DNA of 64,000 nucleotides, taken from a virus. Lineage: Duplodnaviria > Caudoviricetes. The translations under genes were made by a program, and so were the position numbers. Below, piece after piece: positions 38,212-48,846 of this stretch (positions are counted from its first letter, which is position 1; each line of letters starts with the position of its first letter). Under the pieces are notes generated by a model that was not told the origin of the DNA, made no database searches, and saw only the letters and a program-made list of their open reading frames with translations. The stretch spans positions 160,001 through 224,000 of the IMG/VR virus record IMGVR_UViG_3300021426_000063; one strand, given 5' to 3'.

Positions 38212-41200
38212 ATGAAAATCAAAAAGGGAGATAAAGTATATCCATTTATAACTGGTGATGATGTTATCATTACAAAGGGAATCAATCATCCTGGAAAGAC
38301 TGTTGATGATGCTTTTGAGGAAGTAGATAATACCCTTGATGAACATAAGAGACGTATAGATAGACTTGATAGTAATATGAAGTATCTATATTCTTATGGT
38401 GGTGTAGGTGGTAATGGAACTGGAGGACAAGGAGGTACTACCCCAACAGGTAGTGCATCCTTGTTCGTCTCACTTGGTGGTCACCAGTTACAGAATGGTG
38501 GAAATGCAATAGTACTTAATGAACCTGGTACTTATGTAGTAGAAGGTAATGTAAGTAATAGTGGTGGTGAGGTGTTCTATGTTACTGTTGGATATGGTAA
38601 CAAGATTGATTACCCAGACACATTCAAGTTGAGTACAGAACTCAATAGATGTAGATTCTCCAGTGGTCTTAACTTGAAGAACAATGGTGAGATTGTAATC
38701 ACATTCTATGATTCTGAATATTCAACATTGTCAGTTATCCGTCAGAATTACATTGTTAAACCTCACACATTTGCTGTGAAGTTTATGTATGAGTTTGATA
38801 ATGGTAGTGGTATCATCCAGGAGAATGAGTTCAATCCTTATGAATACTTCATTGGTGATTCTACTTATCAGAATCCATTTATTGATTCTACATTTAAGAT
38901 CGATATTCCAAATGTAACCAATGTCTCCCTTACTTATTCAATTGGTGACACTACTGATGGTCAGGGTGTTGAGTCATTTGGTACAGTGACAGATATATCT
39001 AATAACCATTTCAAGATTCATCTTAATGAACTCCACAGAAATGGTAAGGTCTTCACTGATGAGAGTAACACAGGTACTTATACAGTCAATGTAAAACTGA
39101 AGTACTATGTTAATGCAGAACTGGTTGAGACAGAAGAATCATTCAAGATAACATTGATTCCAAGTTATCTTTACATCAATGTGAGAAATCCTCAGAACTT
39201 GATTTATGATACTCTCGAGGAACTCCTCGCTGCAATAGACAATGGTGTTGATGGTATTCCAGAAAGATATGTGAATGCTGGTTCATATACATCATTCTAT
39301 TGTAAGATATATGAAGGTCCAATCAAGACTGCAAAGAAGAAATACACATTGAGGTTTAATTCATATGACTTGGTTGATGATGATTCAGATCCCGATACCC
39401 CAGATGTATTTGTTCTTAATGAAGATATGAAACAGAGTCTTGATGGTGTTGATGAACAGGTTGAGACACCAAGACCAATCACAGTAGCATTTGAGACTCC
39501 TGGTATCAAACAGATTGAGTTCTCCACTCTTGGCCAGAAGACAACAGACCATAGTGATGAAAGACCAGTTGTGAAGTATATCTATGTTAAGGAAGCAAGT
39601 AGTGAAGTATCTTGGTTCCCACAGGATATTGAGCACAATGATTTCTACTTCAGGGCAAATCTTGGTGCAGGAACATATTCAGCTGGTTTCCCAAGATTGT
39701 CATCTGGTTCATCACCATTGGAGATAAGTGAATCAGACAGACCTATAACTCTTTCAGATGAACAGTGGTCAAATCCATCACAGGGATTTGATACCACCAT
39801 CTTGTCATTGGGTATGCAGTACAGTGTGGTTAACAATGATGGCGCAAAGATACTTGAAACCTATTCAAGTGATGGAGGTTATTCACAGGTACCAGATATT
39901 GTATTATATGCAGACAAGTTGTTCTCTGATAACAACAAGAAGATTTGTATTCCAAAGGAAAGTAACTTTGACAAGTCTGTAAATGAACAGTACCACTTGG
40001 TTCAGATTGTAAGATACAGGGTTGGTTATAACAACCTTAATAAACCACAGTATGCATCATATTTGTATATTGATGGTAAACTTGAATCAAATGAACCAAT
40101 ATTGAGAGAGAACCAATTACACATTGGTAAGATTGTGTTGAACAATGTAAATGTAATTTACAACTTGATTGAGATTCAGTATGTGAACATAAAGGATCCA
40201 AAGTTTGAAGTAAAGTATACTCTTGATAGTCTTATTTATCAGTACTATCTTGGATATAAAGAGATTATGCATGCTGGTGAAGTATCAGAATCTGAAATGG
40301 CAATTCTCAAAAACATATCAGAAATGAAATTTGATGGTGAGAATGTTATTGTTCAGAAGTCATTTGTTGATACTGTTGCACCACATATGCCTATTCCTAC
40401 AATGATGATGGAATACACAGGCACTGATGTTGATACCTTCATCAATGATTTGTTCAAGGGTTATCCTAATGGTGATGATAGTTTCCATCAGAAACCTATT
40501 TCACTTTATTGGTGTGAAGGTTTGAAGCAGGGTATAACCACATCATTGACAGAGATTCATATTCCTAATATCACAGATAGGGAAACAAACATTGAGTACT
40601 CTGGTGACTGGTATGTTGAACTCCAGGGTACATCAACAATGAGAAACAGAATCAAGAACTTCTCACTTGTATTGAATACAAGAAACACAACAGGTGATAA
40701 GGTTATTTTGATGTCTCCAAACTATGATGCCAATGATCCTAACACCTTCCTTCCAGAAAGGATATGGACAATAAAGGCTGATATTGCTGACTCTGCTCAT
40801 GCTAACAACACAGCAGTGGGTAAGTTTGTTAACCATACTTGTACTCCTTTCAGTAATGGTTTGACATTCCCTTCAAACATCACTCCTTATATCAAAAACA
40901 CACTTGAAGGTTTCCCTGTTTTGATGTACTTCAAAGTAGGTGAATCAGTGTACTATCTTGGTGTATATAACTTCAATATGGGTCGTAACTCATATTACAA
41001 CCTTGGTTACCATACTGCTAATGATATGGTTGATATGATGAACAATATCACAGCAGGTGATGCATCATTCTCTTATTCACTTGGTAATGGTCTTGTTGTT
41101 GATGACTTGGCCATTGGTGAAGTACAGGATAACTTCGCACAGTTTGACTTCCACCAGTATGATGACTCTGTATTGTTCCAGAGTAATGACAGTTCAATCA

Positions 41201-44200
41201 CCAAGATGTTTGGTAAGGACAGTAAGATAACCGGTGCAAACATTGGTGCAGCAAAGAACACATTGAAGAACTTTGTGAAGTCTGTTGCTATTGCCGGTGC
41301 ATATTGTTTTGCTAACATAGGTAAGACACCTATATCAAGTAAATCAGATGAAAATGATGACTGTATCAATAGATATAATGCAGTTAAAGTAGATGGTGAG
41401 GATCACCAGTTCATAGAGTATGTACCAGACATTAGTTGGCAGTTCAGGTATGCTGGTACCAACAAGGTATGGGAACAGAAGACAGACCTCACCTTTGACA
41501 CTATCAAGGGTAATATGGAAAACCTCTTACAGTGTATCTCTCCTACTGACCTTGAAGGTAATGTGAGGGATGACTATCATTTCCTTGATTTCACATCTGT
41601 TTCAGAGTATTATACAATTTGTATGGCATTTGGTCTTGTTGACTCAATCTTGAAGAATATGAACATCAAGTCATGGAATGGTAAGAAGTGTTATGTTGCT
41701 TTCTATGATATGGACTGTGCCCTTGGTGAGAACAATGCTGGTGGTGAGGATGTATCATACCTTGCAGCAACTGACTTCTGGCATTCAAATACAAGTAGAG
41801 GTTATGTTGAACCAGTTGATATTAACTATGACTACTGGGATGAATCAGTTGGTAAGGGATTTGACTTCTCATCAAGTTATCTCTTTGCTATTGCCAAGTA
41901 TGCCCAGGCTATCATAAGTAAGAGTGACAGTGGTTTGATATTGAACAACTATCCTCAACAGTTCTGGGCAAAACTACGTCTTGCTGATGGTGAGTTGAGA
42001 AATGCAAAATATTTTGTTGATAATTATTTTTCATCAGGTATTGGTAAGGTTCCAGCATATCTTGCATCATTGAACTATCAGGTTAAGTATCTTTATAAGG
42101 GTACTATCCTTGATGATGAGACTGGTCTTCCAACAGAAGAGAGATTCCTTGCTAATGAATCAGCATTCAATGGTACTCGTATTGAGAAGGTAAAGGATTG
42201 GTTGAACAAGAGACTTCACTTCTTGGATGTGATGTTCAATGTACAGGGTGTTGGTATTAATATTGGTGGTGGTTACACCATTCCAATGGCAGATAGTAAT
42301 ACATTGAGTAACCTTGCAAGTAATACAGATATTGTTGTATTGTCAGATGCATTCTCAACTCCAAATGCAAAGAGTGCTCTTATGAGTAGTAATGCTCTTC
42401 CTGTTGATGTATATGCACCAATGAATACTCCTTTCATTATCAATAGGGGTAGTTCTAATGAAATATTCCTTCTTTGTGCAGGAACAGATGAACCAAATCC
42501 TATCAGGATTACCGCAACTAGGTCAGAATCTTATAGATTCCTTGGTTCAAAAGAGTTCACTAATGTAAGTATGGTTGAACCATTCCTTACATCTGCTACT
42601 CAGATTATTTCTAATAACATTGAGGAGATTAAATATGGTGGTAGGGATGTACCAAGTTATGACCTTGACTTGAAGATATTCTCAACATCTGTTAAGAGTG
42701 TTAAACTTGATATACCTACATTCACAGGTTCATTGACTATTGATAATACTAATCTTAATGGTCAGGCTATCCACACATTGAATGTATCTAACTCTGGTCT
42801 TATTGGTTCTTGGACTAGTTTGAAGAATCTTAAATCAGTTAACATATCATCTGTTGTAAATGCTAATGGTACAATAACAGTATCTAACTGTCCTATCATT
42901 GGTGACCAGTGTTCTATCTCTGGTACAGAAGATAAACCTACCACATTGCAGTCATTGATTATGACAGGTGTATCTGGTAACTTCAATATCAGTAACACAA
43001 AGATTCAGTCAATCCAGTTTGATGCCGCTGATGGTAGTGATTCATCATTTGAAATCAATGGTGATACATTGTTGAGGACTCTTAACTTGTCTGGTTTCAA
43101 GAAAATCAAGATAACAGGTTGTCCTAACATTGAGAATCTTGTCATTTCAGATATCAATAATGTATGTGAAGAGATTATTATCAGTATACCTGAATACACC
43201 AATGCAGATGGTTCTGCACAGAGAGAATTGAAGAAGTTCAATTCAGACAGAGATGGTGTATTTGATTTCACTTCATATGCTAGTTTGAAGACCTTGGGTA
43301 TATCTGGATGTAATCAGGCAGTGGTTATCAAGATGCCTGACCATAAGGTATCAATTGAGACACTTGCTAATAATAAGAATCTTGAATTTATTGATACTAT
43401 TGGTAAGAATTCTGTTATTGAAATTACCAAAGATAGTACTTTCTATAATTCTTCAAGATATGCAATGAAGCAGAGTTGGTGTACTGCTGGTGATGGTGAT
43501 GACAATAATAAAGACATTACAACATTGACAGGAAATTATAGTTATAGTAAACTCAAGAATACAAAGATGTGTATTGGTGAGGGTTGTGTTACACTTGCTC
43601 ATACATTTGATAAACTTGATTCTGGAATTGTATCTAATTATAATTCAACAAAATATACTAATGAGTGGGGTCAAAAGGTTAACAATGGAGAAATCCGTGT
43701 TGCTGAATGTGCCTGGTTCATCAATGATGTTGTTGGTGGTCAGAAACTTGATGATGCCTGGATTGATAGTTCAAACATCATCCATGATACTCCAAACACA
43801 AGAGTAAAGATTGGTGAAGACAGAAGAGGACAGATTGTATCTTTGGCAGGTTGCTTCTATAAGCAGAAGGGTATTGTAATTGGTACTGGTTCAAATATAA
43901 CCTTCCCAGTTTTGAGACAGTATACTTCATTGAAAGATATATCATTTATGTATTATGGTACAAGTGTAACTTATCTTTCACCTGGATTGTTGGATCTTCC
44001 TGATTCAAAAAACAACAATGATGATGAGAATGCATTGTCTTGGGTTGAGTTCATTCAGAGTGGTGAATGGAGGATTGCACAGGATGCATTCAAACACATC
44101 TCTTACCGTATATCTGAATTCACATCAATGAGTCTTACAGTATATGATCCAACTGACCATAGTACTATCCTTAATTCAGATGATGAACTTGTTGATAGAC

Positions 44201-46581
44201 TTGATGCAAGGTCTATATTGTGTCCACATACTGACCCAGAAACAGGTGAGTATATACCTTTCACAAGGATAAAGACATTCAACTCATTCTCAATAAATCC
44301 AGTACAGTGGGTAGATTATACTCATTTCATTGAGATATGTCCTAATGTTGTTTCCTTGATTGGTTTCTTGAGTACTGATTTGTCAAGGGCAAAGATTGAT
44401 GGTATGTTGAAGACTTGTACAAAACTTGAAATTGTATCAGATTCATTTAACCATTCAGGTATTGTTGAAGAATTGGATTCAATTGATTTGTATGATTTCT
44501 TCAACTGGAGTGATGGAACTGACTATCCTTTGAAGAACATTCGTAGGTTGTTTGATTCAACTGCAACATCTTCTGTTGGTTTCTCTATAAAGAAACACAT
44601 CAGTCAGGAACACTTTGCAGAGATTATTGAATCACTTCACAACTATAAGAATATCACAAAGTTGTCAAACATATTCAGTTATTGTACAATTACTAATTAC
44701 AATCCTGATTATGAGATTAAACTTGAAGGTGATATGAACAATATCATCAGTTTGAGTGGATTATTCTATCGTTGTGATACTGGTAATAAACAGCCATTGA
44801 AGATAAGACGTTCATTCTTTGAACATCTCAAGAATGTGACATCAGTTGCAAATACATTTGGTGGTGTACACTTTGACCATATGTTGTCATATGATTTCTT
44901 CTGTAAGAGATCAAATGTTGTTGAAGATGTATATGTAAAGATTAATGACAGTTATTTACCTGCCAAGTTGTACACAACTGGTTATGGTCAGAATGTTCTC
45001 AATGATATGCTCTGCTGCTTTGAGGGAAGTGTATTTGAGAATTGTAAGTCTTGGTTTGATGTCAATGATGGTAATGCTGAATTGATACCAGCAGATGACA
45101 GGGTTGTATATAATGATACTGAATACCAGACATACTATAAGAAAGAAGGAGGTAAGTATATTGAGTATACAGTAAAGAGACCAGATGAGTACATAGATAC
45201 ACTAAATAACTTCACACATTATGTTGATAGTATTAAGATTGTTGCAACAGAATGTATAATTGATAATCACAACATAGAGGCTGATTTGAACTTGTATGGT
45301 ACTATCCAGGCTGCTGGTAGACCATTTACAACCAATGATTATAATCTCTATCCAACATACTGTTGTTTGCCACCAGACATCTTCTATGGATGTAGAAATG
45401 ACTGTCAGCTTGTGAATGTGTTCTCCAACTCAAACATCATTGGTGTTATACCTCAACACCTTTTGAAGAACTGTTATAACAGTAAGTTGAACAATATGTT
45501 CCAGAATGTAAACATCCTTCCTAACTTGATTTATCATTATAATAAAGATTTTGATAATGATCCAGGTTATCTTGAATTCATTAGTGGAATTGAAGTTGAT
45601 AATGATAGTATCAATGTACACAAGAATGAGGATGATACAACAGAATATGTACTTGCAGAAGGAAATGAAACAGTATTGTTCAGGAACAGTGATGGTGAAT
45701 TGAGGAAGAGGAAACCAATTGTTGACAATGAGTACAGTAAGAGTCAATATGTATATGTACCACAGGGTTATACAACAAATACTAACCTTAAAGAAGCATT
45801 CACATTTAGATACAATCTTCCTGACCAGATAAATCTCTATGAGTCAGAATTGCAGGCAAAGGGTATCACTTGGGCTGCTGGTTCATATGGTACAGATTAT
45901 TCTCCTGAAATCAGACCAGAGTTATGGCCTTACCATACACAGTACTTCTTTACAGTTGATGAGAGTATTGATTGGAAGAGAATCTACAATATGAGTTCTC
46001 CATTCATTGCTGATGGACAGGATATTGATTATGAGACAGGTCAAGTCCGTGTGTTCTCATCATCAGATAGAAACTATCATAACAGATGGTGGAAAGACTT
46101 CCCTTCAATTCCTGTTGACAGATCAGAATGGCACATTAAGACCAATGGTTTGTTAAATGTCTTCTTGAACCTTTGTGGTGAGAGAGATACCAGAACAGGA
46201 AAACTTACTGATTGTGGTTGTCTTGTAAGTAATGCAATGAACAATTATCCACAATTTGATTCGTTTGTTTCAGGATCATTGGTTACCTTCTTGAATGGTA
46301 GAATGTTCAATGATGGTATGGATGGTGGTAGATTCACCCAGATTAATGGTTCAAGTATTATTAGGTATCCTGGATTCAGTAGGAACATCATACTTCCTTC
46401 AATCCAATACATACCATCTGGAAATACCAGTAATGCACCAAAGGTATTGCTTTCATATGTTTCTGATATTTCTATATTCTATGACTATATGTTTATTGAT
46501 AATACATCTATGAATAACTATTCAAGCATATTTGGTTTGGGTAGAAACATAACATCAGTACTGAAATACAAAGTCATCTAA
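38212..46581 (+). CDS. Giant protein with LamG-like domain, CotH-family kinase domain and C-terminal LRR/BspA-like repeats
   Basis: YLYIDGK (LamG-like); QGTST...KNF, WTIKADIADSAHANN, YLGVYNF, VDSILKN, FYDMDCALG, RLHFLD; LRR-type repeats afterwards. Confidence 0.78.
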   Translation: MKIKKGDKVYPFITGDDVIITKGINHPGKTVDDAFEEVDNTLDEHKRRIDRLDSNMKYLYSYGGVGGNGTGGQGGTTPTGSASLFVSLGGHQLQNGGNAIVLNEPGTYVVEGNVSNSGGEVFYVTVGYGNKIDYPDTFKLSTELNRCRFSSGLNLKNNGEIVITFYDSEYSTLSVIRQNYIVKPHTFAVKFMYEFDNGSGIIQENEFNPYEYFIGDSTYQNPFIDSTFKIDIPNVTNVSLTYSIGDTTDGQGVESFGTVTDISNNHFKIHLNELHRNGKVFTDESNTGTYTVNVKLKYYVNAELVETEESFKITLIPSYLYINVRNPQNLIYDTLEELLAAIDNGVDGIPERYVNAGSYTSFYCKIYEGPIKTAKKKYTLRFNSYDLVDDDSDPDTPDVFVLNEDMKQSLDGVDEQVETPRPITVAFETPGIKQIEFSTLGQKTTDHSDERPVVKYIYVKEASSEVSWFPQDIEHNDFYFRANLGAGTYSAGFPRLSSGSSPLEISESDRPITLSDEQWSNPSQGFDTTILSLGMQYSVVNNDGAKILETYSSDGGYSQVPDIVLYADKLFSDNNKKICIPKESNFDKSVNEQYHLVQIVRYRVGYNNLNKPQYASYLYIDGKLESNEPILRENQLHIGKIVLNNVNVIYNLIEIQYVNIKDPKFEVKYTLDSLIYQYYLGYKEIMHAGEVSESEMAILKNISEMKFDGENVIVQKSFVDTVAPHMPIPTMMMEYTGTDVDTFINDLFKGYPNGDDSFHQKPISLYWCEGLKQGITTSLTEIHIPNITDRETNIEYSGDWYVELQGTSTMRNRIKNFSLVLNTRNTTGDKVILMSPNYDANDPNTFLPERIWTIKADIADSAHANNTAVGKFVNHTCTPFSNGLTFPSNITPYIKNTLEGFPVLMYFKVGESVYYLGVYNFNMGRNSYYNLGYHTANDMVDMMNNITAGDASFSYSLGNGLVVDDLAIGEVQDNFAQFDFHQYDDSVLFQSNDSSITKMFGKDSKITGANIGAAKNTLKNFVKSVAIAGAYCFANIGKTPISSKSDENDDCINRYNAVKVDGEDHQFIEYVPDISWQFRYAGTNKVWEQKTDLTFDTIKGNMENLLQCISPTDLEGNVRDDYHFLDFTSVSEYYTICMAFGLVDSILKNMNIKSWNGKKCYVAFYDMDCALGENNAGGEDVSYLAATDFWHSNTSRGYVEPVDINYDYWDESVGKGFDFSSSYLFAIAKYAQAIISKSDSGLILNNYPQQFWAKLRLADGELRNAKYFVDNYFSSGIGKVPAYLASLNYQVKYLYKGTILDDETGLPTEERFLANESAFNGTRIEKVKDWLNKRLHFLDVMFNVQGVGINIGGGYTIPMADSNTLSNLASNTDIVVLSDAFSTPNAKSALMSSNALPVDVYAPMNTPFIINRGSSNEIFLLCAGTDEPNPIRITATRSESYRFLGSKEFTNVSMVEPFLTSATQIISNNIEEIKYGGRDVPSYDLDLKIFSTSVKSVKLDIPTFTGSLTIDNTNLNGQAIHTLNVSNSGLIGSWTSLKNLKSVNISSVVNANGTITVSNCPIIGDQCSISGTEDKPTTLQSLIMTGVSGNFNISNTKIQSIQFDAADGSDSSFEINGDTLLRTLNLSGFKKIKITGCPNIENLVISDINNVCEEIIISIPEYTNADGSAQRELKKFNSDRDGVFDFTSYASLKTLGISGCNQAVVIKMPDHKVSIETLANNKNLEFIDTIGKNSVIEITKDSTFYNSSRYAMKQSWCTAGDGDDNNKDITTLTGNYSYSKLKNTKMCIGEGCVTLAHTFDKLDSGIVSNYNSTKYTNEWGQKVNNGEIRVAECAWFINDVVGGQKLDDAWIDSSNIIHDTPNTRVKIGEDRRGQIVSLAGCFYKQKGIVIGTGSNITFPVLRQYTSLKDISFMYYGTSVTYLSPGLLDLPDSKNNNDDENALSWVEFIQSGEWRIAQDAFKHISYRISEFTSMSLTVYDPTDHSTILNSDDELVDRLDARSILCPHTDPETGEYIPFTRIKTFNSFSINPVQWVDYTHFIEICPNVVSLIGFLSTDLSRAKIDGMLKTCTKLEIVSDSFNHSGIVEELDSIDLYDFFNWSDGTDYPLKNIRRLFDSTATSSVGFSIKKHISQEHFAEIIESLHNYKNITKLSNIFSYCTITNYNPDYEIKLEGDMNNIISLSGLFYRCDTGNKQPLKIRRSFFEHLKNVTSVANTFGGVHFDHMLSYDFFCKRSNVVEDVYVKINDSYLPAKLYTTGYGQNVLNDMLCCFEGSVFENCKSWFDVNDGNAELIPADDRVVYNDTEYQTYYKKEGGKYIEYTVKRPDEYIDTLNNFTHYVDSIKIVATECIIDNHNIEADLNLYGTIQAAGRPFTTNDYNLYPTYCCLPPDIFYGCRNDCQLVNVFSNSNIIGVIPQHLLKNCYNSKLNNMFQNVNILPNLIYHYNKDFDNDPGYLEFISGIEVDNDSINVHKNEDDTTEYVLAEGNETVLFRNSDGELRKRKPIVDNEYSKSQYVYVPQGYTTNTNLKEAFTFRYNLPDQINLYESELQAKGITWAAGSYGTDYSPEIRPELWPYHTQYFFTVDESIDWKRIYNMSSPFIADGQDIDYETGQVRVFSSSDRNYHNRWWKDFPSIPVDRSEWHIKTNGLLNVFLNLCGERDTRTGKLTDCGCLVSNAMNNYPQFDSFVSGSLVTFLNGRMFNDGMDGGRFTQINGSSIIRYPGFSRNIILPSIQYIPSGNTSNAPKVLLSYVSDISIFYDYMFIDNTSMNNYSSIFGLGRNITSVLKYKVI

Positions 46582-46585
46582 TAGA

Positions 46586-46616
46586 AAAACCCAGGAGTAA
46601 ATCTCCTGGGTTTTTT
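46586..46616. terminator. Bidirectional intrinsic terminator
   Basis: AAAACCCAGGAG-TAAAT-CTCCTGGGTTTT between convergent genes. Confidence 0.85.
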
Positions 46617-48108
46617 ACATTTTCAGTTTCTTCACCTCATAAGGGAATCCCTGACTCTCATAAATCTTTATTCTCTCCCTGGCATGTGCCATCTCATAAC
46701 AACCGGAATATAAATCATCAGAGATGTCATAGATGTTCACAAAGTCCTTGTTGATGTTCTCATTCTTTCTGAGACCTCGACCAATACTCTGGAGAACAGT
46801 GGAGATGGATTTGTAACTACTTACAAAGAAGATGTTGAATATCTTGTCAATACTGATACCTGTTGATGATGTACCAAAGGAAGCAACCAGAATCACATCA
46901 TCCTTTATTTCCATCCTCTTTCTTATCTCCTCACGGACTTTCTTGTCAATCTGTCCATCAATATAATATACCATCTTTGTGGTATTTTCTTTCATCCACT
47001 TGAATACCTTCTTACCATAGTCAATATCCTTGAAGAGAACCATTGTGTTCTGTTTGGTGTTGGCGATCAGTTTCGTAATGATATAGAATCTCCTTTCACT
47101 CTCATTCACAAACTTGTTTTCAAGTTGGAACATATCTTTACCCTTACCTGCTTTCACCAGGTTCTTCTTTGCACCCTTGAATGCTTCTTTCTGTTTATCA
47201 GAGGTGTAATCAAGTCTGACCTGTGTTATTTTACAGTTGGAGATGAACCCTTCCTCCTGGAGTTGCTTGGCCTTGATATCAACCATTATCGGTCCGAAGT
47301 TTGAGATGAGTGTAAGACCATCAGCATACTTGGTTCCTGGAATTGTACCAGATAGTCCAATTCTGTAAGGAAACTTACACATATCCATAATCTTTATCTG
47401 TGAAGCAGAACAGGCAAGGTGTACCTCATCAGTGAGAACCACATCAAACTGTTTAAAGAAGGTTGCACATTCTTTACAGAGAGACTGGTATGTACCTATA
47501 TAGATATTGGCATCAGGTGTTGCTTTACATCCAGAGAATATCTGTTGTATCTTGATATCCAGTTTACCATTGTTGTATTCAGTGAAGTCTGCTGTTGGTT
47601 GGAGTACTAAATCAACCTTTGGAACGACCATCATTATCTTCTTCACATTTCTATGAGTGAGTAACCAGGCAAACATCATAAAGGCAATGAATGTCTTACC
47701 AGCAGAGGTTGCCAACTGTAACATACATCTCCTGTATTTCAATCCCTTGTATGCTGAATCAATCTGATAGTATCTTGGTTTCTTCTTTGCATCCTTGAAG
47801 AAGTCATCACACCATTCCTTGAACTCATCATAATCAATGTCATTGTCAAAGAGAGTATCCAGTCCTTCAATTTCACAAGAGAATCCAAACTGTTCGCAGA
47901 CACTAAACAGATAGTTATATGAAGTTGCCGGGAGATACTTACCCCTCATAAAGTTTATCTTACCATCCCAGCTTCCTGCTTTATATTGTGGAGAGAACCT
48001 TGCATTTTTCACATCCTTATTAAAGGAGATGCACAACTGGTCATACTCCAGCTGTGTGCATTCATCTATAACAAGGTACTCTTTTGTATCGTCTATATGT
48101 AATTTCAT
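46615..48108 (-). CDS. uvsW: SF2 DNA helicase, T4 UvsW-like
   Basis: WDGKINF, PRYYQ, ATSAGKT, DEVH, GLSGT, QSIGRGLR; start MKLHIDD at 48108. Confidence 0.9.
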   Translation of the reverse strand: MKLHIDDTKEYLVIDECTQLEYDQLCISFNKDVKNARFSPQYKAGSWDGKINFMRGKYLPATSYNYLFSVCEQFGFSCEIEGLDTLFDNDIDYDEFKEWCDDFFKDAKKKPRYYQIDSAYKGLKYRRCMLQLATSAGKTFIAFMMFAWLLTHRNVKKIMMVVPKVDLVLQPTADFTEYNNGKLDIKIQQIFSGCKATPDANIYIGTYQSLCKECATFFKQFDVVLTDEVHLACSASQIKIMDMCKFPYRIGLSGTIPGTKYADGLTLISNFGPIMVDIKAKQLQEEGFISNCKITQVRLDYTSDKQKEAFKGAKKNLVKAGKGKDMFQLENKFVNESERRFYIITKLIANTKQNTMVLFKDIDYGKKVFKWMKENTTKMVYYIDGQIDKKVREEIRKRMEIKDDVILVASFGTSSTGISIDKIFNIFFVSSYKSISTVLQSIGRGLRKNENINKDFVNIYDISDDLYSGCYEMAHARERIKIYESQGFPYEVKKLKM

Positions 48109-48171
48109 AGTAAAATCCTTATAATTAAATATAACAAAAGTCATAAATATACTATATATTTATAGAAATTT

Positions 48172-48822
48172 ATGGCAGTAAGTTCTATTGATTTTAATAA
48201 GGTTATTACTTATTCATTAAGTCATTGTTTCCAAAAATCCAAATCAAAATGTGCTGAATATGTAAAGAGGGCATTTGAAGTTGGAGGATGTAAATATATT
48301 ATGGGTAATGGTTGGAGTAATCAGAGATGGTGTAAGGAGAATGGATTCCAATTGATAGGAGATTTTGTTCCAGAAGATTATCAACCAAGGGCACACAATG
48401 GAAAACCAATACAGTTTCCTACTGGGTATAAGCAACAGGCTGGTGATGTGTGTTTGATTGACCATGGCACATATGGTCATATCTGTTATGCAATGAGTGA
48501 TGATATTGATTCCTGGGTATCTGATTACTTCCAGAAGTATCCAGGACAACAGACTGGTACAGGTCCATATTGTTATGGTGAAGGAAATGTGAGGAGAGTT
48601 CAGTTCTGGAGACATTCATCTGTTCTTAATGGTGCCCCGGTTATTAATGTACCAACAACACCAAACACATATCCAATAAATGAATATGCAAAAAGTAGGA
48701 ACAGTGGTTATAGTGGTTCATCATCAACAGAACCTCTTACAGTTAATGAACTTTCAAGTATGAATGATGATGAAAGAACAAATATGGGTATTACACTTGG
48801 ATACAATATGAGACAAAGATAA
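48172..48822 (+). CDS. CHAP/NlpC-P60-like peptidoglycan hydrolase
   Basis: KCAEYVKRA (catalytic Cys), QAGDV, YGHIC (His), WVSDYFQ; late promoter. Confidence 0.75.
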   Translation: MAVSSIDFNKVITYSLSHCFQKSKSKCAEYVKRAFEVGGCKYIMGNGWSNQRWCKENGFQLIGDFVPEDYQPRAHNGKPIQFPTGYKQQAGDVCLIDHGTYGHICYAMSDDIDSWVSDYFQKYPGQQTGTGPYCYGEGNVRRVQFWRHSSVLNGAPVINVPTTPNTYPINEYAKSRNSGYSGSSSTEPLTVNELSSMNDDERTNMGITLGYNMRQR

Positions 48823-48846
48823 AGGAGATCAAGCAGATCTCCTTTT
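48821..48846. terminator. Bidirectional intrinsic terminator
   Basis: AAAGGAGATC-AAGCA-GATCTCCTTT. Confidence 0.8.
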
